DNA of 63,519 nt, counting the filler, from Olpidium bornovanus S191 (Eukaryota; Fungi; Olpidiomycota), in NCBI GenBank assembly GCA_017911155.1. It is 25 parts of 25 records of this genome, joined end to end, with 100 filler letters (N's around TTAATTAATTAA, not from the genome) between each part and the next. Parts side by side here need not be neighbours in the genome. Positions count along the whole stretch, not along the records: positions 35,627 to 39,041 come from JAEFCI010001790.1; positions 39,142 to 40,574 come from JAEFCI010013070.1; positions 40,675 to 43,559 come from JAEFCI010003629.1; positions 43,660 to 45,746 come from JAEFCI010006392.1; positions 45,847 to 47,370 come from JAEFCI010012877.1; positions 47,471 to 49,430 come from JAEFCI010008771.1; positions 49,531 to 51,324 come from JAEFCI010008054.1; 18 more parts are not named here. One strand, 5' to 3'. Under the pieces are notes generated by a model that had not been told where the DNA came from, ran no database searches, and worked only from the letters and a program-made list of their open reading frames with translations. The position numbers and the translations under genes were made by a program. Below are positions 38,911 through 51,424 of the stretch, piece after piece (position 1 is the first letter of the stretch; each line of letters starts with the position of its first letter).

Positions 38911-39585
38911 TCGACTTTAACCATGCACTTTACCTCCGGACCTACTTCCATCAAAGATGGCACGTTTTGTTTCGTCAGACAGGGTCTGCAGCCCAGTACC
39001 CCTGAACACGGTGAGTGGTCCAAGCTCGCGGTGAAACACTCNNNNNNNNNNNNNNNNNNNNNNNNNNNNNNNNNNNNNNNNNNNNTTAATTAATTAANNN
39101 NNNNNNNNNNNNNNNNNNNNNNNNNNNNNNNNNNNNNNNNNCCGAATCTGACGCAGATTCAGACGACGAAGCATCTGAAGCAGCGTCAGACGCCGGACCA
39201 CCGGCAGACTCACTCGGACACGGTAATCTGACGCAGGCTCAGACGCAGGAATCTGACAAAAATTATGAGAGCAGTTTCTGACGCGGGTTCTGACGCAGGC
39301 TCTGAAGCAGACCGAAACGGAGAAATGCGATGGCGCGGGCTCCGACACGGACTCTTGACACAGGTTCAAGAGGCAAATTTCGGAGCAGCTTCCGACGCAG
39401 CGTTCCGACTCAAGAGTCAGGTGCGAACTGTGACGCGTGAACTGCGTAATCTGCGGCGCAGCGCTTGTCTGGAGATTGTGTTCACGGTTCTGGATCTGGC
39501 TCTGGGTCTGGGATCTGGGATCTGGAAATCCGGGTCTGAGATTCTTCCGTGAAGTTCGAACGAGAAGCCGGAGGCAGCTCGCCTT

Positions 39586-39998
39586 TGTACTATTACACGT
39601 GTCTGGGCAAATCGTGGAAAGCGAACCAGGATCGCCCGCAGAAAACTCTTTTGCGATTCAGAATTTTCCCCCTGTATGTCATCTACCACTGGGATGACAC
39701 GACTCACTCCGCGGGAAGACCGCCCTGTATGTCATCTACCACTGGGATGACACGACTCACTCCGCGGGAAGACCGTATTCCAAAAAGCAGAACCCGGGTC
39801 ACGTGACGCGGCGCTCAGTTGATCAAGAAACATTATAAGCGGCGCCACCGGCCGGGGGGGGGGGCCTTCTTGTCGAAACGAAGGGGGGCGGTGCCCGCGT
39901 GGCTCCGGCGGAAATCCCCTGTTCACCCTTTTCCTCCTTCCGTAAACTCGCAACGCCTTTGAGGTACAAATAAGCCTGTATTCCGTAGAGATTCTACA
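39586..39998 (+). mobile_element. Putative 5' LTR (TGTA...CTACA) of a Tf1-like retrotransposon
   Basis: Internal 53-bp duplication, TATA-like cattataag at 39831, AATAAG near 39969, GTAGA-gat-TCTAC hairpin at the end, followed by a PBS-position sequence and a gag-like ORF; left edge uncertain. Confidence 0.55.
39670..39775 (+). repeat. 53-bp perfect tandem duplication with internal inverted repeat
   Basis: ccctgtatgtcatctaccactgggatgacacgactcactccgcgggaagaccg at 39670 and 39723; TGTCATC/GATGACA arms. Confidence 0.95.
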
Positions 39999-40093
39999 AC
40001 TGGGTGAACAGCTGAAAACAGAAAGCTCCTGCCCGTCTTCCTGTCCCCGTCCTTGTTCGGCCACTGCCTGTGGAAGTAAAAGTCCTTCAGGTT

Positions 40094-40574
40094 ATGAGCC
40101 CAACCGACCGACCTTCCGAACACGACTCGGGGCGCGGAACCATGCCCGGGGCCCTCCAAATCTTAGAAAGGTACGGCACGACGGCCTCTACCGCCTCCAG
40201 ACGGTCCCGGACCTATGCCGACTCCGTGACGGCACTCAGGGAATTTCATAGAAGAGAGGAAGAGCAGCAAGGCCACGCTGAGGAACTAGAGGAGCTGCGC
40301 CAAGAACTGGCACGAGAAAAAGCAAAGACGGAGAGGGAGAAAGCCCGCCGTGCTCGCGCTGAAGAACGCAACAAAGCCGTGGAAGCCCTACTCCAGGAGA
40401 AGGAGGAATGGGATGACGACGAACCACGGGACGATGACCGCGAAACGGCGGAAAGGACCAGAAGGGAGTGCGTCGAGCGGTTCCTGAATGACGACCTAAA
40501 CACGGCGCCATACAGGGAGCACAAACGGCTTGCCCCTGCCCCGCAAGGGAAAGAAACCGGGGGGTTCAGTGAAG
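40094..40574 (+). CDS. Gag-like coiled-coil ORF (truncated at gap)
   Basis: Open, intronless, charged coiled-coil ORF starting about 95 nt after the putative LTR end. Confidence 0.45.
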
Positions 40575-40785
40575 NNNNNNNNNNNNNNNNNNNNNNNNNN
40601 NNNNNNNNNNNNNNNNNNTTAATTAATTAANNNNNNNNNNNNNNNNNNNNNNNNNNNNNNNNNNNNNNNNNNNNCACAAGAAAGAAGTTTGCTGTCAGTA
40701 CATTTTTATTTTTACCCCCCTTCGTTTTTTGTCAAATTTCGGCTCCACCATCGCCACTCTGCTGAACGGCACGTTTTCTGGGCAG

Positions 40786-41853
40786 CGATGGCATGGCATC
40801 CACATCACGAGCGGCTTTTAGCGTCCGGGGGTTCCGACGGTGCGATTGTGTACTGGCAGATCGGGCAAGTTCAATAATAATTTGCGTAGTGCGCCGTAGA
40901 GCGTCCCAAACTACGGCAACTGATGACCTCCCTCACTCCACAGGCTAGACGGTCCGGTCGCAGGCATGGACGGAGCGCACGAATCGTTCGTGTGGTCCAT
41001 GGATTGGCATCCGTTAGGCCACATCCTTGTCAGCGGCAGCAATGACCACATGACGCGGTTTTGGACGCGGCCGCGGCCGGCGGAGATGCCACGGGGCAAG
41101 GAGGAGCAGAAGGAGGCCGCGGAGGCGGAGGCGGCAGCGTGGGCGGGCGAGTCGTGGGGGGAGGACGACGAAATGTTCGTGCCGGGCTTAACCAGCGTGT
41201 TCGGCATGGACGCCATGTCCTTCGGCGGTTACGGGCCGCCTGGGAAACAGGCGGCGGCCGGGCGGTATGGGAGCGTCCAAGGAGCAACAGCGGCGGAGTA
41301 CGGTCGCGGATATCCCGGGGAGCAGCAGCAGCACCTGCAAGCCGGCCATCCCATGCTCGGCAAGGAGGCGTTTGGCGTCGAAGCCAGGCAAGGGCGTCAA
41401 CAGCCGCCGCGGCAGCAACAGCAGCAGCCGGCGGCATCCTCGCTGGGACCGCCGTCGGGCATGGACGTCTTCGACAACCTCAGCCGCATCCACGCCGGCG
41501 ACGACGGCGACCTTTCCGCACTGCCCGGCCTTGGAACGGGCGTGCACGCCGAACGTCCCGCAGGCGGGCAGCCGGCGGCCTCGCCGTTCGGCGCCTTTCT
41601 GGCCCGAGCGGCGCCCTCCTCTCCGTTCGGCACTTCCTCAGGCCGGATGTCCTCCTCCTCCTCCTCGCCGTTCGGCGCCTCTTCGGGGCGGGGCCCGGCG
41701 CCTCCCCCGCCTCTGCAGCACGGTTTCCCGGCACCGGCACAAGACAGGTTCTCCAACCATCATCCGCAGGCCCATCTTCCGCGGCATTACCAGCAGCCGT
41801 TCAACATCCAGTCTCCTCCGCAACGTCAACGGTACAACCAGACTCAACACTAG
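40786..41853 (+). CDS. PFS2: Polyadenylation factor Pfs2/WDR33, C-terminal part
   Basis: [21 protein letters not shown]; [33 protein letters not shown]; low-complexity tail. Confidence 0.92.
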
Positions 41854-42469
41854 ACTCAGCGACTCGGATCCAAATAATCCAGTCAAGTCCCACAGGCGTG
41901 ATTTTTCATGTATCAAAGGCATTTTGTGCGGGTCTGGCCGGGAAATTGGACACCACCCCTCCTCTCTTCACCAAACTTAAAGACCAAAAAAAAAAAAAAA
42001 AACCAAGTTCAAAAATGCAAGTAGCGACCCGCGGGCAGTGTTGTTTCTGTGAACGGGGGACCGTCCGGCCGAGAGAATGTTTTGCATGGGACGAGCCCAA
42101 ATTTGTGGCTGAAGCGGGGCCGTTTGCGCGGACGCGTTCTTCATCCCGTCGAACCGTATAAAACAGGGAGTTTGGGGAGGCCGGGAAGGGTGGGGTGGGA
42201 GGTGGGGCGAACCCGACCTTTCAAGCAAATCAACGGCCGTCTTGTGGAAACGCATAAACCCAAGAGGCCGTCCTCTGAAGTTCCACCTGCGTACGGAAAC
42301 AAAGCGGCCCGGAGAAATAAGGTACATTTTAGTGGGGAGGCGGGGGGCGGATCTATCGAGGGTGATGCTGAGCAGGGGAATGAAAAATGTGCCGGCCGGT
42401 CACGGGAGCGGGCCATGGCGCAGCACCAAACTGCAATTTCCTTTTCGAAGCACAACAAAAGCTCGGGTT

Positions 42470-42770
42470 CCGTGCAGCACCCGGGTGAGTTTGCAAACCC
42501 AATTCTTGACCTTCAATCCTGGTCATTCTACATATAAGTTGACATCGAGTTTCCGTGCAGGTAGGCGAGGCCGCATCACGTTGACCAATAATCTATCGGT
42601 TGTTCATGGCAACAGCAATTACCTCGGCGCGGTTGCCGACACCGCAAACAAGAATGTATCATTATAATCGGTGGCTCTGGTTTGGGTGAATCCCCGAGCT
42701 TACGAATTTTGCACGGTGCTCATTGATTGTGCCGTCATAATTCATTCTTTGCTTGCACCCAACTTCCCCT
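42470..42770 (-). pseudogene. Small Ty1/copia RT relic
   Basis: VGCK..MNYDGTI...RAKFV..G, DYNDTF, AYLHGKLDV.LYVE*PG, WVCKL.R.LHG in shifting frames. Confidence 0.7.
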
Positions 42771-42984
42771 GCAGTATGCGCCTGTCTCGGGGTCTCGGGG
42801 TTTCTTTTTTCCCACTCTTGTTTTTGCGGCGCGGGGACGAACGCCAACACACGGTTCGCATAGTCTCCGCGCGCACCGGTGCAAACGACGGCGACGGATC
42901 TCTTCGTCATATCCTCCCTAAACGCGCCCGTTCGGGGGTGGGGTGGGGCCAGTGTGTTTGTCCCTCTCCGCCGAGCGCGCGGCT

Positions 42985-43017
<33 letters not shown>

Positions 43018-43659
43018 GCTTATACCGGACCGCTTATACCGGAAAAAAAAAACGACAAAAAGAAAACGAAAAAGGATACGGTTACGCTACGCTGATTCCC
43101 CGGACCCAAAATGTGAGATGACGCCACCTCTTGGCTTCAACACTCCCCACTCCCCACCCTACCTCAGTGTAATTCTTCCAGGGAGTTTCCGGGGGGCATC
43201 GTGAGGAAAAACATCGAAAAAAAAACAACGAAAAAAAAAAAGGCATGCGCGCGAGTGAACGCGGGAGGTGTGGTGGAAATGCGAGAAATGGGGGACTGGG
43301 CGGGCGGGAGGGTGAGGTGGGTTGAAGAAAATCGGGCGATTGGTATGGAGAAAGGGCTCACAGGAAAGTTTCAAAGATTTGGATTTGTTTGATGGGGTAT
43401 TGTATGAGGCGGCGAACGAACGAGAACGACGACTTCCAAAAGTGTCTTTGTACATAAATGTTGAAGCGTTGCAATAAGGAGGCTATCTTTCGCCCAAGAA
43501 AAAATAAAATTAGCGGAAGAAACGGGGTATCGGGTTGCGGAAACAGATCGAAAAGCATGNNNNNNNNNNNNNNNNNNNNNNNNNNNNNNNNNNNNNNNNN
43601 NNNTTAATTAATTAANNNNNNNNNNNNNNNNNNNNNNNNNNNNNNNNNNNNNNNNNNNN

Positions 43660-45608
43660 ATTCAGCAAGCCTGCTTTTCGGCAACCGCGGGCCGGCTCCC
43701 GCGAATTTGGGAGATGCGTTTTGTCTGGAACAGGCCCGCAGCGTCCGGATGTTGGCATAGCCCGGTATTCCCTTCCATGACGGTGAGGTCGCGACGGAGG
43801 TCGGCCTTGAGACCATGTTCAAGTACGGGCTGCCTGGGCCGGGCTGCAGGACCGGCGCTTGGAACTCGTGAGCTTCGGCGTGCAACTGCTGCAAGCTGTC
43901 GTCTTTATGTCTGAAAGGCAGCGAGAAAAAAAAAAACAAAAAGAGAAAGCAACAAAAAAAAAAGCGAAAAAGCCCGTGTCAGCGTGTCAGCGCGCGTCGC
44001 CTAACCCTAACCCTAACCCCCCCCCCCATCCCCCCATCCCCCCTCCCCACCGCCGCCGGGGCGGGCCCGCCGCTCGTGTGGCTGCGCAAACGAACTCACG
44101 TCCGTATGTGTTGATTGAGGTTGTCGGACCGCGAGAACTTCTTGCGGCACGATTCTACGGGGCACTCGAACGCTAAATCGTCGGGAAAAAAGGGCGGCGA
44201 GCCGTGGTCAATTTTTTTTTTTTTTTTTTTTTTTTCCCCTCCCCCGTCTTTTCTCCGAGGTCGCGGGCCCCGCGCGGCGGCTTCCCCGACGGGCACCCCG
44301 CAAAGAAAAAAATCGTCGAATCAGGGCCACGCACGTTTCTCCGTCGTATGCACGGACTTGTAATGGCGTTTGAGGTGTTCGGCGCGCTTGAACGGCTTCC
44401 CGCAGCCGGGGACGGTGCAGGCGAAAGCCTTCCCGGCGTAGTCCCCGTCGGAGCCGGCGCTCGCGCCGCGGAACTTGGCCTTGGCGAGGCCGCGCGCGGC
44501 GGACGCCTTCGAGGAAAAGGGGGGCGACGGCCGCGCCGCGGGCTCCGGCGACGCGCCGGGCTCCGGCGGCAAGTAGCCGACCGCGGTCTGCTGCTGCGCC
44601 CCGCCGAGCAGCGGGAAAGTCACCCCGAGCCCGTACGCCTGCTGCTGATGCTGGTGCTGCTGCCGGGACGCGAAGCCCGCGGAGTCGACGAACCCCCCCT
44701 CGCTGCCGCCGGGCGACCCGGGGCAGCCCGGGAACCCCGGCGACGGCAGGCCGGGACTCGGGAACGGGCTGCCCAGCAGGTCCAGGTAGAAGGCGGGCGA
44801 CAGAGGCGAGTCCGGCGCCGGGACGCCGCCGCCCGCTAGCGCGTGCGTAAAGGGTTGTGACGCGGCGACCGCGCCGCTCGACATTTCGCCGGGTTCGCCG
44901 GCCTCGTCGTCTCCAGACGCGCCCGAAACCGGGACGTAGGGGTTCGGCGCGAAGCCGCGCGCGGGCGCGCGGTCGCCGAAGGAAGGCATTGGAGCCGCGG
45001 CAGCGTCGCCCGCATCGGACGGACCCAGGAAATCGGAGAAGACGAAGCTGGGCATGTCCGACATGACGTCGTCTCCGGCGCCGCCGCCGCCGCCGTTCAG
45101 CGCCGCGGGCGCCGATGCCGGCGGCCGGCGAGGTGCGGGTGAGGGCAACCACTGGGCGGCGCCGGCGGCGGGCCCGTCGACGGCAAACTCGGGGAGCTCC
45201 AGCTCCCTGCCGCGTTCGCTCGCCAGCGGCGACCCGGGGCTGTGAAACTGCTGCCACCGCTGCTGGTGGTGGTGGGCCGCGAACTGGTCGGCGGCGGCGA
45301 CGGGGCTCGCGCCGGGCGACGAGTAGCGGAGGTGCTGGAGGGCGCCCGACAGGCCGGCCACCCGTTCGTCCTGTGGGCGGGTGGCAGACGGCGGGCCGGC
45401 GGGCGAAGCCAGCGGCGAATCGAAGCGGAAGGCGGCGGCGGCGGCGGCGGGGTCGACGGGGCTGGCGATCCCGGGCAGGAAGGCGGTGGGGTTGAAGTCG
45501 AACGGGGAGGGCGGGACGGCGCCGCCGAACCCGTGGCGGGGAGGACAGATGCTGAGCGGCTGTTTGGAGGCGAACTGTGATGACGACGCGGGCGGGGTTG
45601 TCCCGCGG

Positions 45609-45652
<44 letters not shown>

Positions 45653-45691
45653 GGGTGCGGCGGCCTGTGAGGAAAGAGTCGCGGGAACCAT
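43660..45691 (-). CDS. Msn2/Msn4/Seb1-like C2H2 zinc-finger transcription factor (partial, spliced)
   Basis: FACTVPGCGKPFKRAEHLKRHYKSVHTTEK and FECPVESCRKKFSRSDNLNQHIRTH. Confidence 0.88.
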
Positions 45692-46935
45692 TCCGAAACC
45701 GGGACGGTTGGACGCGCAGCGCCGAGGAAGGGGAGGGGAGGGGGGGNNNNNNNNNNNNNNNNNNNNNNNNNNNNNNNNNNNNNNNNNNNNTTAATTAATT
45801 AANNNNNNNNNNNNNNNNNNNNNNNNNNNNNNNNNNNNNNNNNNNNACCTTCCCCCTTCCCCTCCCCCCCTTTCCCCTCCCTTCCGTCTCCGATAATACA
45901 TATATTACATCTGTCTGCTCGACGACGACGACGACGAGGGCGCCCGCTTCTCCTCCTCTCCCGCCCTCCGCTCCCTCCCCTCTCCTCCTCTCCCTCCCTC
46001 CCCGCCCCCGCCCCCGCCCTCGCCCCCGCCCCCGCCGCCCCACCTGGTCCCGGGGAACCCGCCGCGATTTCGCCCCGCCTCTATGACGCCAAGGTGAGGA
46101 GGAGGAGCACGAGAAAAAGCCCCCGGCGCTCACTCTGGGCATCCCCCCCGGCGCCCGCACCCTCCCCCCGTCCGTTTCTCGCGACGCCCCTTTCCCCCCC
46201 AGCTTCGGGGCTCGTCTCAGCCATAAAGGAGGGGAGGAAATGTCGCGGGTGGTGGCGTTGGCGGGCGGTCCGGCGCGGCGGGCGGGAAAACCGGACGTCG
46301 AAAGCCTCGTCTGCCACGTGCGACACCGCCGGAGATGGCGCTCGGGTGTGGGATTCCCCGCGCGAAGAGGGGGAAAAAGCGCGCGGGCTCTTTGCGAGTT
46401 GGTAGCTTCGGCAGCGGGAGGAGGCGACGACCCACGAAACGGGGCGGGTCCACGTGAGCGCGGAAATGGTGCGACGAGGCCGGGCCAAGCCGGCTTCCCC
46501 CGTGACAGTTGAGAGCCAGCGGAACGGTTTCTTCTGCCGAGCAGAACGCCGGAAAACGTTCGTTTAGCGCCCGAACTGCGCTTGGCGGTCACAGCGGGTC
46601 CCGCCGTGCGGTTGAGGGCTTGGCCCTCGTTCGACGTTGTTACGGGTTTGAGCCTGCCACATGGGCTTGGACCGGTCGGTCTGTTATGGGGGGCTCACGC
46701 TGCAAGCACCGCACTGACCGCGCCTCTGTGTTCGCTTTGTCGCGTATGACTCGATTTTTTTTTTCATGCGCAATATCTCTGCTTTGTTGCCAAACGCAAT
46801 CACGTCGTTTCACCGGTACTCAACATCCGCAATCTGTTTGCCCTCCTTGAAATACCCGATACGGGAAACCCCATTTGCCATACGTCGACCACATCAAACA
46901 TCCGTTTTGGACTGTTCCACTTTTTTTCGACCAGC

Positions 46936-47335
46936 ATGAACCCTGAGAAGCTCAAGCAGCTGCAGGCCAATGTGCGGATTGGTGGCAAGGGCACGCCGCG
47001 ACGCAAGGTCAAGAAAGCCACCAAAACAACTACCACCGACGACAAGAAAGTGCAGTCCACGCTGAAGAAGCTCGGCGTCCAGCACATTGGCGGGATCGAC
47101 GAGGTCAACATGTTCCAGGAGGACGGCAACGTCCTGCATTTTACCGCGCCGCAGGGTAAATGGGCTTCTTTGCGGCCTTGTTGGACGCCCCTGGTAGCCG
47201 CACCTGCGTTGGCATGTGGTCTCGGGAAGTTGTGCTGAAACTAAATTGGGAATTCGTCCCAATTTGCCTACCGCGTAGTCCACGCGTCTGTTGGTGCCAA
47301 CACGTTCGCAATTTACGGGCGTGGCGAGGTCAAGG
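46936..47335 (+). CDS. EGD1: NAC beta subunit (BTF3), partial
   Basis: [45 protein letters not shown]; [14 protein letters not shown]. Confidence 0.95.
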
Positions 47336-47470
47336 GTAAAGTAACCCGCGCTCTTCCGTTAGCGCGCATGNNNNNNNNNNNNNNNNNNNNNNNNNNNNNN
47401 NNNNNNNNNNNNNNTTAATTAATTAANNNNNNNNNNNNNNNNNNNNNNNNNNNNNNNNNNNNNNNNNNNN

Positions 47471-47738
47471 CCTGGAGCGCAACGGCTATTTCTACGACAC
47501 CGTGGAGAAGGAGATCAGCACGCAGTTTCTGCCGTGGCTATCCGGGGAGGTTATTAAAAGGTCCTGCAAGATGGCCGATGCCAGGGTCATGGTCGATGGT
47601 AACTAGCGTGTTCTGGCGCAGGGTTCGGCGATGGAAGTCGCAGGCTCCTGACGATATTCGTGCCGGATCGGCCGTCCGCCTCACTTTTTTACAGACGTTA
47701 TCAAGTATACGCTCTTCCGAATCCGCAACGGCTGCTAG
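47471..47738 (+). CDS. RSPH3: Radial spoke protein 3, last two exons
   Basis: LERNGYFYDTVEKEISTQFLPWLSGEV..ARVMVD|DVIK, matching the RSP3 L...GYFYD..E.EI...FLPWL..EV motif; intron 47599-47694. Confidence 0.8.
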
Positions 47739-50007
47739 CCGAGAGAGCCCGCCGGGGTCCAGCACCCCTTGTACTATTCCAAGCGCCGCGCTTTCCTCCG
47801 AAAAGTGGCCCATGCTGTACATTCCTTGCATGAAATACTACATACTATGCCTACGGGCCCCGAATAAAGTCTCTCTGCGCCCACTCTTATAGCATCATAC
47901 GACTGCCGGATATGGGTGGAGAAAACGTCACTTTGACGCCCGCGTCGGCCTTGCGTTTCGTGCAGGGCACCCCCCCCGGGGCGCACGGTCAAGCAAGCAC
48001 TTCTCTGTGTTCGCCGCATTACGCATCTACACGGCGATCGCCGACCGTGCGGCGCCTCCTTCGAAGCCGCAGGTTAATGCTGGCTGGTGCAACCTGTATA
48101 CAGTCCCTAGCGGCAATAATACTTAGTAGCAGCAACAGCAAGCCCTAACGCGGTCGGCGTGGCATCGCGGCGGAGCCCTCCTGACGCGCAACCGCCCGTG
48201 TATGTGTCTGACCGCGACCAAATAGCGGTCCCGCGGATACCGCCTGCGGGCGCCGCTGTGAGCCTCCTATTATCGCCGAACTTCAAGTGCAGTTCGACGG
48301 GGGTTTTTTTTTTCTCCCTCTCTTTTTCTTTTCTTTTTTTCTTTCCTTTTCTTTTTTTGGTCCCGGCTCCGCAGTGCGAAAACGCAGACCGATCCGCGGC
48401 TCGCCGCCGCGACAAGCGGAGTACGCTGTCGACGGCCCTTCACCGCGCCGCCCCGCGGCCACGTCTCCGCAGCGGGCGCTTTGGCCCACATCTACGCGCG
48501 GTTCTATCCGCCCGCCGTCCTGAGCGAATTGCGGGGGCAGTCGTCGGGCCGTGGGTGAACCTGCCCGGGCAGGCATTCGCCGCCTTTTGGCCCCGGCCCT
48601 CCGCTGATCGCTTCTGCCCTCTGCGCTCGCGCCAGCCGGCTGCTGTTGCAAGGACGACTCCCCTCCTTCTTGGGATTGGATCTCCCTCCAGCGTCCGGGG
48701 CCGCGTCCCCGCCGGCCCTTCTTCCTCCTCTGTGCCTCCCGCCGCTCGTCCCCGTTCACCGGTAGCCCTAATTCCATCCAAGGCTGTGTTTTCAAACACT
48801 TCCTGGGAGACACTTTTGCTGAGTCGGTTGTTTAGGCCGGTCGAAAACGGGCTGTTTTGGTTCTGGATATGCATTTAGTGAGAATCTCTCTGGACCGGAC
48901 AGAAAGTGGGGCCCTTGGAAGTGATCGACTCTCGTTTTTGTGTATCCCGTGAGGTGAGCGAGAATTTGGATTTGGGCACCAGGAGTACCCCTCGGGAGGC
49001 CGCAGGTAGGGGTGCCCCGTGGGAGTGTGTTGCGGAAAAGGGGCTCTCTCTCTCTCTTCCTTCTTCTCTCTCCTTTGTTTGCGTTTGACGGCGGAAGGAA
49101 GAGCTCCAGGGGGAGCTCCCCTCCCGGTCTTGGCATCTTTGATCACGTGACAGGAGAGCGTACTCTTTCGGTTCACAACACTCCTCCTCGCTCAGTGGGC
49201 ACTCAGCCTACCGAGCCAGGTGAGCGTGATCGTACTTCGTTGGTGATCTCGGTAAAACCTGATCGCATCAGGGAAAAACCCGTGATCGAAGCACTTAGCA
49301 CACGCAGCGCAGATTTGGAGAATGCACGCAGCATTCAAATAGGGACCCCGGGCGCGCAGTCCAGGTGCTCCTCCTCAAGGAGCTGTCCTTCCTATGTCTC
49401 CATCTCTGTGTCATTCAGAACCTCAGAGAGNNNNNNNNNNNNNNNNNNNNNNNNNNNNNNNNNNNNNNNNNNNNTTAATTAATTAANNNNNNNNNNNNNN
49501 NNNNNNNNNNNNNNNNNNNNNNNNNNNNNNACCCCCCCCCCCCGTGTGCGGCCGCAGGGCGGCGTTCCGGGAAGGAAGGTGGGAGTCTGAAACCCTTTCC
49601 GACGCGCGATCTGCCTCCGGCCGCCCCCTCCATCCCCTCCCCCCAACCCTGCGCTTCCCTCTATTGGCTTGGAGATTCAGCGATTTCACCATTTTTTTTT
49701 GTGTCGGTTCTCAAATTCCGGCAGGGTTCTTTTCCGCAGCCTGCGGCTTCGTCATCCCACTTCTGCGTCCGTCCGTTCCTGAAAAAAAAAACGTAGGCGA
49801 GGGTGGGGGGGGAGGGGGGTAGTGTAAGTGAGAGGGGGCGAGACCTTATAGAATACGGTAAAATCGACCATCCGACGTGAAAGAATGACAAGCGTCGGCA
49901 GCGCGCAAAAGGTGGGACGGCGTTCGTCCCGGGGGAGTGGGAGGATGCGGGGGTTGTGGGGGGAAAGAGTGGCGGAAATTGTTATTTTGGTCCCGAAGCC
50001 ACTTCTT

Positions 50008-51230
50008 TCAATCGAATCTAATCATCGAGTATGCCGGCACGTCGCCCAGCGCCTTGATGCCCTTGAGAAACGGCAGCTCAACGACGAACGCGCACTTGAC
50101 GACTTCGGCTCCCGACTTGCGAACCAGCTCGATCGCGGCGGCAGCGCTTCCCCCTGGAAGTGGGCGGGAGGGGAAAAAGGGGGGTGGGGGGAGAGAACGA
50201 GGGTAACAAACGCGCACGCCGCGACAGGCAAAGTGAGAAAAGGCCGAATGCGCGGGCTGGCCGAACCCGGCTCCAGCTCATTTCGGCGTCCACGTTCATT
50301 TTCAAACAAGCAGGTGGGTGGCGGCGGAAGAGGGGTTTGCGGCCCCGGCGTGAGGCGAGGCGGGATGATGAAGCAAACGGAAGGCCGTGTGCTGTTTGTG
50401 TCAACCCACCAGTCGCGATGAGGTCGTCGACGATGACAACTTTCTGTCCCCGCTTGATCGCGCCGGCCTGCATCTCGAACGTGTCCTTTGTTAAGGCGTC
50501 GCGGGAGGTGGAAAGATGGGGGAGGGGGGGGGGGAAGAAAGTCCGTTACCGTCGACACCCGGTGGAACCGTCTTAACCCGGCTGAAGAGACGACCCCAGA
50601 ATGTCCGCGCGCACGTAGACATTCCCCTCCGGTTTTTTTCTTTTCTTTGTTTTCGTACCGTTCCGTACTCCTTGGTGTACACCGCGGATATGCACTCCCC
50701 CGGAAGCTTTCCCGGTTTCCGGACGGGAACAAAAGCGGCGCCGATCCGCATGGCGATAATCGGGCCGAAGAGGAAGCCGCGAGATTCCAACCCTGGAAGT
50801 GTCCCCACCCCGGCCGTTCGACAGGTTATACGATCGCGTCCGATCCGGCGTTACGGAAAACGGCGCCCCCAAACGGCCGCGACGGGGGGCGACGCGCGGC
50901 GCGCCGCAATTTCGGAGTTTCCCTCTCGCCCCCCCCCCGCCATACGGGCGTCGGAGGGACACGACGAGCAGGGCGCGCCCATCCCGCGCGGCTTCCCGCG
51001 TGGTTTCCCGATCTTACTCTCCCCGAGTCGCCTGCGTCGGCGGGACACCATTTATCGGCCGGGGCGCGCGCGCGCCGAGTGCGCCAAAAAGAGGCACACG
51101 TCTCGGCGTCGCACGCACCAACGATCACATCTATCTTGCCGGCGTGCGTGGAGTTAATGTGGTGCACGAAATGCGTGATCAGGGCCTCGACGGCAGTCGG
51201 GTCCTGAAACACCGGGAAGACGTCCTGAAA
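50008..51230 (-). CDS. APT1: Adenine phosphoribosyltransferase (spliced, 5' end in gap)
   Basis: [59 protein letters not shown]. Confidence 0.96.
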
Positions 51231-51283
51231 CAGGACTCCTTTCTGGCCAGACGACCGTTTTTTTTTTTGGCAAATTTCGCAAA

Positions 51284-51315
<32 letters not shown>

Positions 51316-51424
51316 GGAAAAAAGNNNNNNNNNNNNNNNNNNNNNNNNNNNNNNNNNNNNNNNNNNNNTTAATTAATTAANNNNNNNNNNNNNNNNNNNN
51401 NNNNNNNNNNNNNNNNNNNNNNNN

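Noticed and set aside
44000-44017. Three CCTAAC units as a telomere remnant
   Set aside because: Only three units inside an intron beside a C-run; likely a microsatellite.
48860-49430. Possible LTR-like segment
   Set aside because: Short internal repeats only; no second copy, PBS or coding region to support it.
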